A stretch of DNA of 64,000 nucleotides from Azolla caroliniana (lineage: Eukaryota; Plantae; Polypodiophyta): NCBI GenBank assembly GCA_043228905.1, contig JBHGNT010000002.1, positions 5,766,001 to 5,830,000 on the forward strand. The letters are read 5' to 3'. The notes under the pieces were generated by a model. The model was given only the letters and a program-made list of their open reading frames with translations. It was not told where the DNA came from and did not search any database. Made by a program: the position numbers and the translations under genes. Below are positions 37,330 to 51,055 of the stretch, one piece after another; position 1 is the first letter of the stretch, and each line of letters opens with the position of its first letter.

Positions 37330-40300
37330 TGTAGAAAGTAGCGTGCGGAAGCAAGTATGAAGACCGAACAGAAGAGAGGAAACTCAGGTTTAATGGAGAG
37401 CTTGAGCTTACACGGTATACGCGGGAGAGACAGAGAGAGAAAGACAAAAAACTATATTCAACAATAATACTCCGTCTGTATATAAGAGGTGCTTAGTGAA
37501 CACTTTTATACAAGCCGTAGAAGGACTGACCGAAGTATTGACAGTACTTCAATGCTCATCAAGAGCTCCTACACTAACTCCCAAATATATTCCTTACGGA
37601 ATATCTTTCCTAACGACCTCCCGGTTTACACACTCGGCCTAGCCGATTGGTCCCAACCGATCCAGTCCTCGGCTTCTTCAGCTGAACCGGCCGATGTTGA
37701 GCTTGTCTCTCAACACTCCTTAGTGCCGCTTACGTACCGCAGTATGCGTTGCGCACACTGAAGGTGCTCCTCGGTAGGTCGTGCCATGAACTGACTGATC
37801 ACTCCGACCGGATAACTGAGGCCGAGTCGGGTGATGGTCAAGTATATGAGACTTCCGACAATTTGTCGGAACCTCCTCGGGTCGCATACCTTTCCCGTAT
37901 CGGGACGAAGCTTGATGGTTCTGTCCAGAGGAGTTGAGACGGTCTTACAGTCGGCCATCCCGAATTTGAAGAGCATACTCAACACGTAGTGACGTTGGCT
38001 GATCAATATGCCTTCGGGGGTACGGATCACTTCGATCCCGAGGAAGTAATGAAGGTCCCCCAGATCCTTCATGTCGAACGATGCTGCAAGCTGGAGCTTC
38101 ACACGGTCGATTTCACCTAGGTCGGCGCCGGTGATAACCAAGTCATCAACATATAGTAAAATACTAACCGGTCCGAGTCGACCTTTCCGAATGAACAGGG
38201 AAGAGTCCAATTTTGACGTGGTGAACCCCATCCGATGCAGTTGTTGCGTGATCTTCGCGTTCCAGGCACGCGGGTCTTGCTTCAGTCCGTAAAGGGACTT
38301 CTTCAGTTAGCATACTGCCGAGGAGTTCGTTCCGGAGTGAAATCCTGGGGGTTGTACCATGTACACTTGTTCCTCAAGGTCACCTTGCAAGAACGCATTC
38401 TTTACATCCATCTGATGTAAGTGCCACCCCTTGGCCACGGCTACTGCGAGCAAAACACGGACGGTCGTCATTTTCGCGACCGGCGCAAACGTCTCATCGT
38501 AGTCGATGCCATGTTTCTGCGTGTAGCCCTTTGCTACCAGCCGAGCCTTGTACCGGTTGACCGAGCCATCGGTGTTGTACTTGACCTTGTACACCCACCT
38601 ACACCCGATCGGTTTTACCCCTTTTGGTGCGTCAACCAGGTCCCAGGTCTCGTTCTCTGCCAATGCGTGCATCTCTTCCTCCATCCCGGCACACCAATTC
38701 GCGTCTTTAGCCGCTTCTGCGTAGCTCTCCGGCTCACGCACTTCCACTACACGGGTCATGTACGCATAATGTTGCGCCATGTACTCATTGTATCAGAACC
38801 GCAAAACAGGATTCTTCTGGCGGAGTCGGACTCGCGTTAGTCTGACTCGTTCCTATCCGTGCCGGAATCCGACACCTTCTTCTTCCCTTTCTCTTTGCGC
38901 GTAAGCCGTCTCCTCGGCTTCCTGCGCGGGGAATGCACGGCCGAGTCTCCACTACTCGCCGGCTCCTCATCGGACTGGTCGTACCGACTCAGTCGTCCAA
39001 TCGATCCACTTAACTGGAGTGAAATCGAACTCCCTTCGCGGGTCTCGATTTCGGGCTCATCCGGAGGAATCTCGGCCTCGCTAACCTCATCGTCAGAACT
39101 CGTATTGGAGTCGGGGTTACGAGTCGGGGGCAGGTACCAAGACGCGGACTCGTCAAACACAACGTCGCGGCTCACGCTCGCTTGTTTGGTGCGCGGGTTA
39201 TAGCACTTATAACCCTTCTGCTCGTCCGAGTAACCGACCAAGATAGATTTCTCGGCCTTTGCATCCAACTTCCTCCATTTCTCCTTCGGCACATGCACAT
39301 ACGCAATGCTACCGAAAACTCTCAAGTGTTGTAGTTTTGGCTTCCTTCCGAAGTACTGCTCATGGGCCGACACTTTGTCTCCGATCCAGTTCTGGATGTA
39401 TACCGCGGTCCTTACCGCCTCGGCCTAGTAGAACTTGGGCAAGCTCTTCTCCTCCATCATTGCCCGTGCCGCTTCCACAATCGACCGATTCTTTCTCTCG
39501 GCCACGCCGTTCTGCTCTGGCGTGTATCTACAACTGAATTCGCGGCGAATTCCCATTTGTTGTAGGTAACCGTTGAATTGACCGGAAAAGTACTCTTTCC
39601 CGCCATCCGACCGCAGACACTTGATCTTTCGTCCCGTTTCGGCTTCCACGAACCCTTTGAGGTCCCGGAAACAGTCTAAAACTTCGCTCTCCCTCTCAAT
39701 GAGGTAGATCCACGTGTGCCGCATGTGGTCGTCGATGAAGGAGATGAAATATCGGCTCCCGCCAAGACTAACGTTTTGTGCCGGCCCCCATACATCGGAG
39801 TGTATAAGGTCGAGCTTGTTCCGGCTCCGGTTTCGCTCGTTGGGGAAGGGAAGTCAGTGTTGCTTCCCGAGCTGGCAGGCTTCACAAATTTGTGCCTTTC
39901 GTCCACTAAGTTTGGGCAATCCGAACACTACCTGTTTCGTTTGCAGATCTTGATGTCGTTGGTAGTTGACGTGGCCTATCCGCTTGTGCCACAAGTCGAT
40001 GTCCGACTCGGTCTTTTGTCCCTTCGCGAACATTGCAATGCCACCGTTAGTGGAGTCGAGGATGAACATCCTCCCGTCTCTGCACCCTTGCGCAATCACA
40101 CGGCCTTCTTCCTCAATGAAGCACCCGAGGTGTGTAAACCAAACCTCCATCCCTTGGTCGACGATCTGTCCAACCGAGACCAAGTTTTTCGTGATTGTCG
40201 GAACGTGCAACACGTTCATGAGTTTCCCTTTCTGCTCGACATGGCTAAGGGGAACCTCTCTGACATTCACGATCGGATGCAGAGTGTCGTCTCCTATTGC

Positions 40301-41856
40301 GACTACTCCAGGTTGTATCGGCTTTTCAAGGTACGAGAACCACTCCTTATGGCTCGTCATGTGGTTTGACGCGCCGGAGTCTACGTACAACACCTCTTCC
40401 GATCTCGGGGTGGTCTGCTTCATTGAGTTTGCTTCATGTCTCGTCACGAAGGCAGTCCCTTCTTCGGCTCTCCCATAGTCTTCGCCATAGTGCGATCGCT
40501 GCCGATTACCCTTGTCGGTATGTCTGGAGCCGTTCCCGGAACCAGTTCTCTCCGAATCGGCGCGCTTCTTCCAGCACTCACTTTCTCTGTGGCCTTTCTT
40601 GCCACAGTACCAGCACTCCGCCATTGCCTTCCCTTGCCGGTTCTCATCGCTTCGACTTCCCCTGTTTCCGGAGGGTCCGAAGTTGCTGTCGGCATCACTT
40701 CGGTGCCTTCGTCCTTGATCACGTCGGCCGCCTCCATTGTGCGCCGACTCGCCTCGTCCGCCACGACCACGGGGCCTTTCTCCCTCCGTGTACAACATCT
40801 TGCTGTCGGTGTGCGTGCTCGTCGACGCACCCGCGTGGTTCTCCTCTACCAGGAGCATCAACTGTAAGTCGAAAAAGGACGACGTATTCTCCCGGGTACA
40901 CAACCGTTCAGAACGCTCCGAACTTCGACGCCAAACCTCCGATACAGATCTGGACCATCTCGCTCTCCTTGATGTTCACCTCTATGGAGGCGAGGGAGTC
41001 GCAGATATCCTTGATCTTCGAGGTATAGTCCGCCACCGACAAGTCGCATTGTCGTAGGTTGCTCAACTCTTGTCGGACCTGAAGCTTCCTGGCTGTGGTG
41101 CACGTGGCGAAGATCTTCTTCAGATTTTCCCACGCACCCTTCGGCGTCTTTGCATCCCGAACATAGCTCAATAGCTGTTCGCCCACACACGATGCGAAGC
41201 AGTACAATACCCTACTCGCCGATTGCTCCCACGACGGGAAGTCTCTGTGTGTCGATTCGGGTGCCGCGTCATTAGTTCCTTCGACATAACTCCAGTAGCC
41301 GTGCCCGAGCAGGTACTGGTGCATCTTGTAGGACCAAGACACGTAGTTGGTTCTATCGAGCTTCTCTGTTGGAAGCGAGCTCGCCATGCCTCTATCCATC
41401 GTTCTTCTTGTTCTTCTTCGTCAAGCTGTGTTGGCTGCAGAGAGGTTCTCAACCCTCGCGCTCTGATACCATTAGAAAGTAGCGTGCGGAAGCAAGTATG
41501 AAGACCGAACAGAAGAGAGGAAACTCAGGTTTAATGGAGAGCTTGAGCTTACACGGTATACGCGGGAGAGACAGAGAGAGAAAGACAAAAAACTATATTC
41601 AACAATAATACTCAGTCTATATATAAGACGTGCTTAGTGAACACTTTTATACAAGCCGTAGAAGGACTGACCGAAGTATTGACAGTACTTCAATGCTCAT
41701 CAAGAGCTCCTACACTAACTCCCAAATATATTCCTTACGGAATATCTTTCCTAACGACCTCCCGGTTTACGCACTCGCCCTAACCGATTGGTCCCAACCG
41801 ATCCAGTCCTCGGCTTCTTCAGCCGAACCGGCCGATGTTGAGCTTGTCTCTCAACA
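37330..41856 (-). mobile_element. Ale/Bryco-like copia lacking RNase H
   Basis: LTRs 37330-37715 and 41472-41856 (about 8 differences); perfect TSD TTAAT; iMet PBS ~41460-41471. Gag, PR, INT and RT present; the RT end (YVSGTK) abuts the 3' LTR. Confidence 0.95.
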
Positions 41857-43384
41857 TTAATGTTTAGTAATTAATTGGAACATATGTGATCACAAGCTTA
41901 TTTAATAATTTAGTAGACCAAACAGTGGTTTTTGTTGTGATATAATAGGAAGATAAAGGTAATTATGCACCTGGTATATGTAGTTTGAGAAAAACCTCTG
42001 TTGGAAACATGAACTAAATGGAGTAAAGTTTCAGCTTTTAAATCAATGGTTTTTTTGAAGCTTTTATTGAAACTACATGACCAAGGTTCTCGTAGTGCTC
42101 GTACAATGAGGCTTACGGCTATGCATGTTGCAGGACTATGGCTAAAATTTCCTGCCATTACAAAATACTATATTGAGGAATTGTATCTAGTGTCTTTCCA
42201 TGGTGGAGGTATGAGATGATAAAGCTTTTCTTCTAAAGCTACTTCGTCTATGGTCGAGTCTAATTTTTATTACTGCCTATAGAGAGCATAGATGAGGAGT
42301 TGGATGGACAAATTTTAGAGAATGCAATGGCTTCTAGTGAGTACTCCATGCTGATGTAAAGCTTCGATCTTGAGCTTATTGAGGTATCAAAAATTGTTGA
42401 AGATTTGAATTTGTAATTATTTAAACCTGCTTCAAGATTTTATGGTTTTCTGTATTGTGATGTACGAATTTAGGAGCTCTGAGCTTTATGTCCATGTCAC
42501 TATTGCAACGTTGAGCCACAAATTCAAACGATATGATGGGCTAATCACTCACTTTATTAGCGTCAATGTTGGTTGTGGCAGAATTCACACTTGGGCTAGC
42601 CATTCCGGTAGTAACTTCTCGAATTCGTGGGACCATTGCCATGGAATTTCCTAATCGCATGAAACGTCGAGCACCATTAAACTTCTTGCACTTCATTTTT
42701 CCATCTTGAATACAAAGTAGACTTTGGCATTAAGGGAGGAGATACGATTCAAATGTCTCATTTGAAAGCGAATTTATTGAAATCAAACGCTTTTTTCATT
42801 CAACCACTTTCCGCTTCGACTTTTTGAGCCAAGATTAGGCTTTATTTTGATATATGAACCCGGGCATATATGGGCTTTATGAGGTTTTTTCATAAAATGG
42901 AATACTCCCAAGAGAAAAGTAGGGTCCCATTCACCACCATATTCGCTTGCACCACCAGCTTTCTAGAGGCTCTACCATTTTCGAAGTAATAACTTTTAAT
43001 ATATTAAGAACGAAATAGAATCATTATGGCTAATACTTACTCTTTTATAGTTTGAGAGAGAGAGAGAGAGAGAGAAGGCGCCATGAGTGTGATTGAACTC
43101 TTCGAAGTGGCCCTCCTTTGGCAAGCAAGGATGTGTAGGATAAACTACAAGGAGGGAATTTATTGCCATTAGGATCCATACCATTTTTCAAGGGTTGTTG
43201 ATTTAGTACCATATCAATTTTTGACCATGTTCGTATGTGTGCATGTGTATTTGCATATGCATGGCTGTGTTTGTATGTGTGTATTTGTATGCATGTATGA
43301 ATCCATGTACACATGCATTTGCAACATTCCCTCTCATGTTTTTATTTCTACGTTAATTTGTTTATTTGCTATTGTAATTTCCCA

Positions 43385-43964
43385 GGCAAGAAGATCCCTT
43401 TTGGTCTTGAGATGCCTCATGGGGAGCTCATGGTGGTGGTGCTTTCTCTAGGAGGGACCCTACCAAGGTTGATTGGAGTAGATGTTATATTGTGAGGCAA
43501 GTTGTGGAGAGTATTGTTACAGTAGGACTTGCCTGTTGTTGCATTGTCTAGGTATGTATTCTTCTTGTGACCTTGGTGGATGTTGAGCCTTGTTCTTCAC
43601 TCATTGTGGCATGTTTTCTCCTTTTTCATGCAAATAAAGTCGTGAGAAAACATTAAACATTGTTTTTCTTAAGAGCTTAGTAAAAACCAATTCTGGTTGT
43701 GCATATTGGTCAAGGAATCCAACTTTATGTATTCATTGTATTTTCTTTTATTTCTTAGATTAAAAGGAAATGATGAGAAATATTTTTACTTTAGGAAACC
43801 CTAATCCCAATGATTTCCAACCTAAGATGATGGCTATCCACTTCGACCTTCGCAGAGGCAGAAACAAACGTTACCAGAAGACCGCTGCATATGGTCACTT
43901 TGGTTGCAATGACCTTGATTTCACATGGGAAATTGTTAAGACATTGAAGTGGGAGAAAGTTTAG
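43385..43964 (+). pseudogene. MAT: S-adenosylmethionine synthetase (SAMS/MAT) 3' fragment pseudogene
   Basis: [25 protein letters not shown] (43420-43551; MAT signature [12 protein letters not shown]) and [40 protein letters not shown] (~43810-43964). In-frame stop; N-terminal part absent. Confidence 0.92.
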
Positions 43965-44879
43965 CTCCACTTAACTTTTGATTAGTTATTGTCACAATGA
44001 AACAAAAAGTCAACAAAATTTACTATGAGAACTAGGGGTTTTGGCTTATGGTCTATGTCTTTCTTTCTATCGGAGAAGTATGCAAAAATAAGAATGCAAT
44101 AGTTGGAAAGGAAAGTATAGATGAAGAAGAGGAAGTCTTTTCTTCACATATTTGTTGTCTTTTGATTATTTCAAATGGAAGAAAACTAATGGGTTATTTA
44201 TGAAGAGAGCAGGGCAACAAATATTCACCTACTATGTGTGGTGATGGAGATGCTGAGTTAATTGGATGTCTTTATCAATGGCTCGTTGTGCTTAATTATT
44301 TTTTTATATGATATCTTTGTATTTTAGGATATGGAGCTTTTGATACTTCAAACTAGGCTTCACACCTAACTAGTTTTTGTCTTGGTGTTCACTCTATGCT
44401 AAGACAAGGCTCTCATACCATGAGTTTGTTTTGGGGCTCGCTATCAAGCGAGGTTGAAGCATGTATTTCTTCCTATGATTGTCTTTTGTTCTATTAGTAT
44501 GGTTGGGCTTCATTCCTTTCATGAATTTCTGTATTTTGACGTTGGCATTTATTAGAAACATTTTTGAAGCCAAGTGGGTGTTTATTTATTGACTCACACT
44601 CACTTTACTCTTCACTGATTGTGTTTGTGGATTTTTATTATCAGTTGACATTATGTGTATCTTTCTTGGTGCTACATTATTAGAAGAATGCTTATGCAAG
44701 GTCCATATTTCTAGTTGTTGTAAATGGAGGAGATTGATAAATAAATAATTGTATGTGTTGAAATATAGAACTGTTTCCATTACTTTCCTCTCGTCTAATG
44801 AATTATTGTTTGTTTGAAACATTATTTGAACCTTACGTGTTTCATTATTATAGCAAGTTGGTTTCGCATGTGTTTGTTG

Positions 44880-45000
44880 TGAACTATATAATCCAAGGAA
44901 AAGGTGTACGAGAAAGAGATGTTGTATTGCCAATAGTGTGATTGATATGTATGTCAAATGTGGTATGACCCGTGTAGCACATATAGTGCTTGATAAGCAT
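44880..45000 (+). pseudogene. PLS-class PPR gene remnant
   Basis: ERDVV / IANSVIDMYVKCG...AHIVLD matches the PPR motif NSLIDMYxKCG...A..VFD; flanks heavily decayed. Confidence 0.65.
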
Positions 45001-45232
45001 TGCATATTGAAATAGTCATATATTGAAGGAGAGGTGCATGTTAAATAATGTTATAATGTGAGAAATTATTGAGCTTTTGAAGGAACTTCTTGCAGTGATG
45101 GAGTATTCATGATGATTGTTGATGCAATTTCGTAAAGTTTAAATAGAGAATATTTATCAAACCAAATAATGAGCTATTGAGTCATTATTAGTAAAAGAAT
45201 ATTTATTATTTAGTTGCAAATAGACACGAGCC

Positions 45233-45455
45233 ACTACACACACATACACATAACACATAGATACATACATGCCATACATGTAAGATATACAACACATACA
45301 ATACAATACATACATAAATAAACATGGAACACATTGCAATACATACATACATGCAATGCAATACGTACATATGGACACACATAGACACATAACCCATACA
45401 TACATACACAGAACCCATACATAAAATATATATAACATATGCAATACAATATAAT
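45233..45455. repeat. CATA/TACA low-complexity tract
   Basis: Same composition and strand bias as 12290-13885. Confidence 0.88.
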
Positions 45456-45639
45456 AGATTTCTATTTAAGGGCATTTAAAATTAGTCGTTGTCAAAATAT
45501 ATTTTGGCACGAAGGGGTATTTTTATTAACCGTTATTTTATAGAAGGGTGTCTAAAATAGTAAAGATTATATGTATGACGGGTTTATAAAAGATGTCATG
45601 AACGCATGTGATACAACCTCTTTATATATAGTGGAGTCC

Positions 45640-48600
45640 TCGGGTTGTGGGTAATTTGGGAATTTCAAATAAACACCAACGAGGATTATAGCCCATATAC
45701 ACATACAATGGTGTAACCTAGTAGAGGAATGGATAGAATTATTATATGCAAATTTGGCAAAGCATAATATATCCTTACAATCATCTTGTTGATAACTTAT
45801 GAAACACTGAAGATATTCCTCCCACGTTTGATTTGTACGTTTTTCTTGTCCATCCATTTGGGGATGGGAGATAGAGGAGAGGTTGCAAGTGACCTTGAGC
45901 ATTGTGAAGAGATGCTTCCAAAGTTTAGGTATAAATTAAGGTCCACAGTCACTTATGATGTTGTCGGGAAGACCACGGTGACGAAAAACTTCACACATAA
46001 TGATTTTTGTGGTTTCTTCACTAGTGATCTCTTTAGTGCATAGCAAGAAATGTGTCATCTTAGTATATCGATCAACCACTGTTAAGATAACGTTGAAACC
46101 CTTGTTATAGGTTTAGGGTTAGGGATTACGATAGAGATGACTATTTATGATAAAGATAGAAATGGTGGGTGTGATGACGATAATCATTGCCTGGTGGATT
46201 AGGGTGATGTTAAGAATCATTGTGGGGTGGGGGGTGGTGCCTAGAATGGCTCCACCCCCCTCCAAAGAGGGTTCAACGTTAGGGAAGAGAGAGAGAAAGA
46301 GAAATGACAAGAGAGAGAGAGAGAGATTGAGAGAGAACTATGTCTTATTCATTCATTCCCTACAAGTGGTTAAATAGTTACAAAAGGGTAGATACACATG
46401 GGTGCAAGCTCCCTTGTCCATTCACACTAATCACTCACTCACACCTCTTCGTATATGTCCACATGCACACATGTGTGCGTGGGTTCACATACGTATCAAC
46501 TCATACTTATAATTATACTTGTGCACATTTACTCATACACATCAACAACATTATAGCACTCGACCCTTGCTCATCACACTCTACTCTCTATACATCTCGT
46601 GTGGTATCAACCCTTAGAATTCAGAAGATCTATAATAAAATCCAAAGAAGTAGATTGCCCTGGCTTCCTTGGAATCGGTAATGGCTCCAATAAACCATAC
46701 GGATGATGTCGAGGCATCTTCGCTTTGTAGCATGTATCACATGTTCGAATATAGTCTTCGACAAATTTACACATATGTGGCCATTAAAATGTTCGGGTTA
46801 TTAAATCCAAGGTTTTAGTACTACAAAAATGTTCAACCGTATATGTATCATGGCAATTTTGTATGAATCGAAGGTGAGATAAACCATTGGGAACATACAA
46901 AAGTTTTTTAAAGAAGAGTAATCCATCATGCCCTTTGAATTGGTGATAATCTGTACCTGATTGTTGTGACCGCCAACATGATGCACAAGTGGGATTAGTC
47001 TGATCTAAGATATCTTGAGCAAAGACATTTGTCCTCAAATCCTAATAGATAGTATCAATAACGTTGGATTCCAATGGAGTATGAAAAACCAAAGTTGCTT
47101 GAAGCTATGTAGAACCCAAGATTACTTGCTTTTTATTATCGAAGGCCAAATCATCAAGATGAGGTGCTAGATACGAGCGTCGTGATAATGCATCTGCCTT
47201 CCCGTGTTGCTTGCCTGGACGAAATGTAATCTTGAAGTCGAAATGAGTGAGAAACTTAACCCACCAAGCTTGTCATCTATTTAATACATGAGCATTCTGG
47301 AAATGGGTGAGGTTCTTGTGACCACTAAATACAATGATTCAATGAGGAGATCCTTCTAGGAAATGTCACCATTGTGCAAAGGAATCAACTATAGCCAATA
47401 ATTCATTGTCATGCATCTCATAGTTGATTTTGGCAATGTCAAAATTACGTGAATGGAAAGCCACTAGTTGTAGCTTCTCATCATCACGTTGTTGTTACAA
47501 AATACCACCAAGTGCAAAATCCAACGCGTCTGGTTCAATAATAAATGGTTTTTTCAAATCAACATGAGCTAAAATAGGGGCCGATGTACAAACAAATGAT
47601 TGAGCCTTCTTTGTGAGTTGTGTGAAAGGCAAAATAAGCTTTGAGTAGTCATGTATAAACTTGCGATAGAAATGTCCAAATCCTAGAAAACATTGCACAT
47701 CTCGCACCGATCATGGAGTCTTCCATTCTAACACCGTTTGGACCTTAGCTAGATCCATAGAGATTCCTTTAGAGGAGATGATATAGACTATGAATTCCAC
47801 CTGTTTACAATCAAAATTACACTTTTTGAGTGTTGCATAAAGACCATGTTCTTGTAGTTGTTTTAGTACTAACTGTACATGAGAATCATGTTCTTCCTTT
47901 TTATTTTTAATAAATTAGTAGATCATCCAAGTAGATGATCAGATAGATGTCCAAAATATCTCAAAAAATGTCATTTTCCATGTGTTGAAAAACTGTTGGT
48001 GCATTGGTTAGCCCGAATGGCATATAATTGTATAGTCAAAATGCCCATATTGGGTGTGGAAACATATCTTCTACTCTTGTCCTAGTTGAATCTGTACGAG
48101 GTTATATGCACCATGTAAGTCAATATTTGTGAAATATTTTGCACCATTAATCCTTTCTAAAAGACTCAAGATTAGGGGAAGTGCATACCTATTTGTAATG
48201 GTAACTTTATTTAGGCCACGGTATTCCTCAAGAAAATAGGTGCGCTAGCTGGAGATTTCGAATGTAGAATGAATCCATTCTCCAAGTTTTCCTCTATGTC
48301 GGCTCGAAGAACCTCCAGCTTGGTTGGTGACAAGTTGTAGATTGGTCCCCACAGCGATTCTTTTCCTAGTTGTAAATCAATGGGACAATCATACGGTCAA
48401 TGTTGAGGAAGAGTCAGGTTTTACCTTATAAAAAACATTGGCATAATGGCGATAGTTCCTTGGAAGTTGAATTGTTGACTTTTCAATGATACTAGAAGGC
48501 TTCAATGATATGGCAATTAAAAACATTGGCCTCATTCTCCAATCGATTTCGAGGTTGTGTAATTCGAACAAAGGTAACCCCAAGACAATTGGATGCTTTG

Positions 48601-50150
48601 GGCTACTAATTATATTAAATGATATTACACATGCCAAATTTTCTATGACAACATGAACCAGCTCCAACTCTTCTACGATATTTCCAGAAGCAATGGGACA
48701 ACCATCAATGACTATACGGAAGTTGGGCAAGGAAGTTTTCTTGAAGATATGTGATGAACTTGAGTTGCAAAATTCCAATCCATGAGGCAAGAATTAGCCC
48801 CGATATCTAGGAGTGCTAAGACATGTATTAGAGGGTTGCTTGTAGTACTAACTTCTACTTGAGCTAAGAACACCTTGCTAGCTTGCTTAGGAGAAATGGA
48901 ACCACTAATGGGCAGCACAGATCCAGGGTTTTCCAACCAAACAATTCCTATTTTGGCTGGACTTAATCGTTTAACTCTTCTTCTAGTTGAATGAGGACTT
49001 CAAATTTGTTGGATAAACTTGGACCACTAGGATTATCAGACACTCTTAATAAAATAGACTCAGGTTTAGCAATAGCAACTGGTTGATTTAAGTCTAGTCT
49101 TCTTGGCCTATGGGGACAATTTATTGCAATATGCCCTTGACCACAATAATATAAACATAGACGATTTGCTCAGCATCGTTGCTTTTCTTCTTCAATAATG
49201 GTCCACAATGACGTGTTTTGTTGATTTCCATTAGATTGTGTTAGTGGATTTGTAGAGGATGCATTATATGATTCTATTGGGAATGGTTTTGCTATGATTA
49301 ATGCATATGTAGGCTCCGATCTTGTCCTTGGCATCTATAACTGTCATTCTAAACATCGTTCGAAAAGACAATAATTGCATCACACCGCTCGATTGATTGC
49401 CTTTGTAAGCAACTTTGGTTCTTCAAGGAAAGTCAAGAATAAATCTTTGACATCATTATGTAGGCCAAAACGAAACTGCTCCATCAATGCTTGGTCGTCC
49501 CATGGAATATCACTTGCAAGTAGATGGAAATCCGCAACACAAGCTGAGACCAAACAATCTCCTTGACGTAATCTTTGGATTTTATTGATTGATGTCCTAA
49601 CACTAGTGATATCTCCAAAACATGCTTTAAACTCACTAATAAACTCCTTGAAATTATGTAGTGAAGGAGATCCATTTTCTAACAAAGGGGTGAACCATGG
49701 TAACGTTGTACCACTAAGTAATGTGCCTACTAGCACCACTCGTGATGCATCGGTGTGATATCGAGAAGGATGCATTTGGATTACCAAGCATACCTGATTA
49801 AGGAACCCTTTGAATTGTGATGGCGTTCCATCAAATTTCACGGGGAGACCAATCTTGCGCTCTTTAGGGATTCCTTGAGTATTTGGTCCTTGTTGTTGTA
49901 ACAACATGATTTTTACTTCTAGCTGTTGCACTCTTAATGCCAACTCCCCATGTTGTTGTGTTTTTTGCTTTTCTAAAGCGATTTCTTGAAGATCTCCAAC
50001 AATCGTGGATTTTCTTGTTCCAATGCTACGAACTTTTCCTTCAAGCTCCGAAAAGACAGATTGGCATTCTTGTGCGCTTACAATTGCCATTTAACACTAA
50101 TGGAAGGATCGATAAGAGGATTAATATTAGAGGAAGGGAGGATAATAAGG
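45640..50150 (-). mobile_element. Old Tcn1-like chromovirus internal region (copy B)
   Basis: Gag (LPVKFDGT..FLNQV), PR (ALLDIGANS), RT (YLDD), RH and INT (HPQMDGQ); colinear with 52000-55600; many stops. Confidence 0.92.
46103..46609 (-). mobile_element. Solo LTR (507 bp) inserted in the integrase of copy B
   Basis: TG..CA termini; perfect TSD ACCCT (46098-46102 and 46610-46614); removing it restores DFIIDLLNSKGFNVIL. Confidence 0.92.
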
Positions 50151-50902
50151 TATTCAATTCAAATTGTCCTAAATAAGTGGAAGGATCACGCATTCCACTT
50201 ATAGATTGCTTTTATAATATTGCGATTTTAGGCAGTTTTCAAAAACTTGATACATTAGTATCACATGTTTTAAATAACATATAAAATTTGCTATTTTTTA
50301 AAGATTTAACAAGTGTCAAAATGATAATTTCTAAAATTGAATAGTTTTTCAATAAATGTTTAAATGTTGACGGTTTGCATATATGAAATCTAGTTAACTT
50401 AAAGAAAATCACAATGGTTAACTCAAGGCACAAGTTAAGATTAATGGTTTCATCATCTTGAGAAGATGTAGGTTCCAGAAGTGGAAGTGACATCAATTGG
50501 TATACTTGAAAATGTTTTAAGTATAAGAGGTAACCTTGTAATCCTTAGTGTCATCATTTATAAATTTAGTGCTCATCAACATCCACAAATTCACAACTCA
50601 AGAAATGTAGACAATATTCATAAACAGTTTTGATAAATTCACAACTCCAAAAATATAGACAATATTCATAAATTGTGAAAACTGTCAAACTTAGATGTGT
50701 GCATTAATATATCAATTTGAGCATATCACATAGTTATCAGGGTATCCACACTGCTCTCCTCTTCTTTTTTTTGAGAACTCCCCTACAAAATTTGTGCAAT
50801 ATTATCTACTCCACATAAGCTAGCAATGATAGGGTTCTCCAATAGCTCGTTGGAAAAATCAATAAGTTCCTTAGGTTCACCAACTAATGCAAGAATATGT
50901 TC

Positions 50903-50997
50903 TGTCAGGATCAGTGCTAAGGCAGAGAAGGAATTAGTATTAAAAGATGAGGATTAGTACTAAGAGAGGTTTAGAAATCTCGAGAGAAGGAAAGAGC

Positions 50998-51055
<58 letters not shown>

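Noticed and set aside
39714-41057. Long plus-strand ORFs opposite copia gag/pol (also 8371-9236, 28040-28555)
   Set aside because: Antisense shadows of GC-rich coding sequence with no independent motifs.
41862-42920. Possible decayed transposase and DNA-transposon end
   Set aside because: Looks coding-like, but no recognisable motif, TIR pair or TSD could be supported.
46111-46124. TTTAGGGTTAGGG as an interstitial telomere
   Set aside because: Only two units, inside a solo LTR.
46601-46612. TGGTATCA as an iMet PBS
   Set aside because: It is the terminus of the solo LTR, directly followed by the ACCCT TSD.
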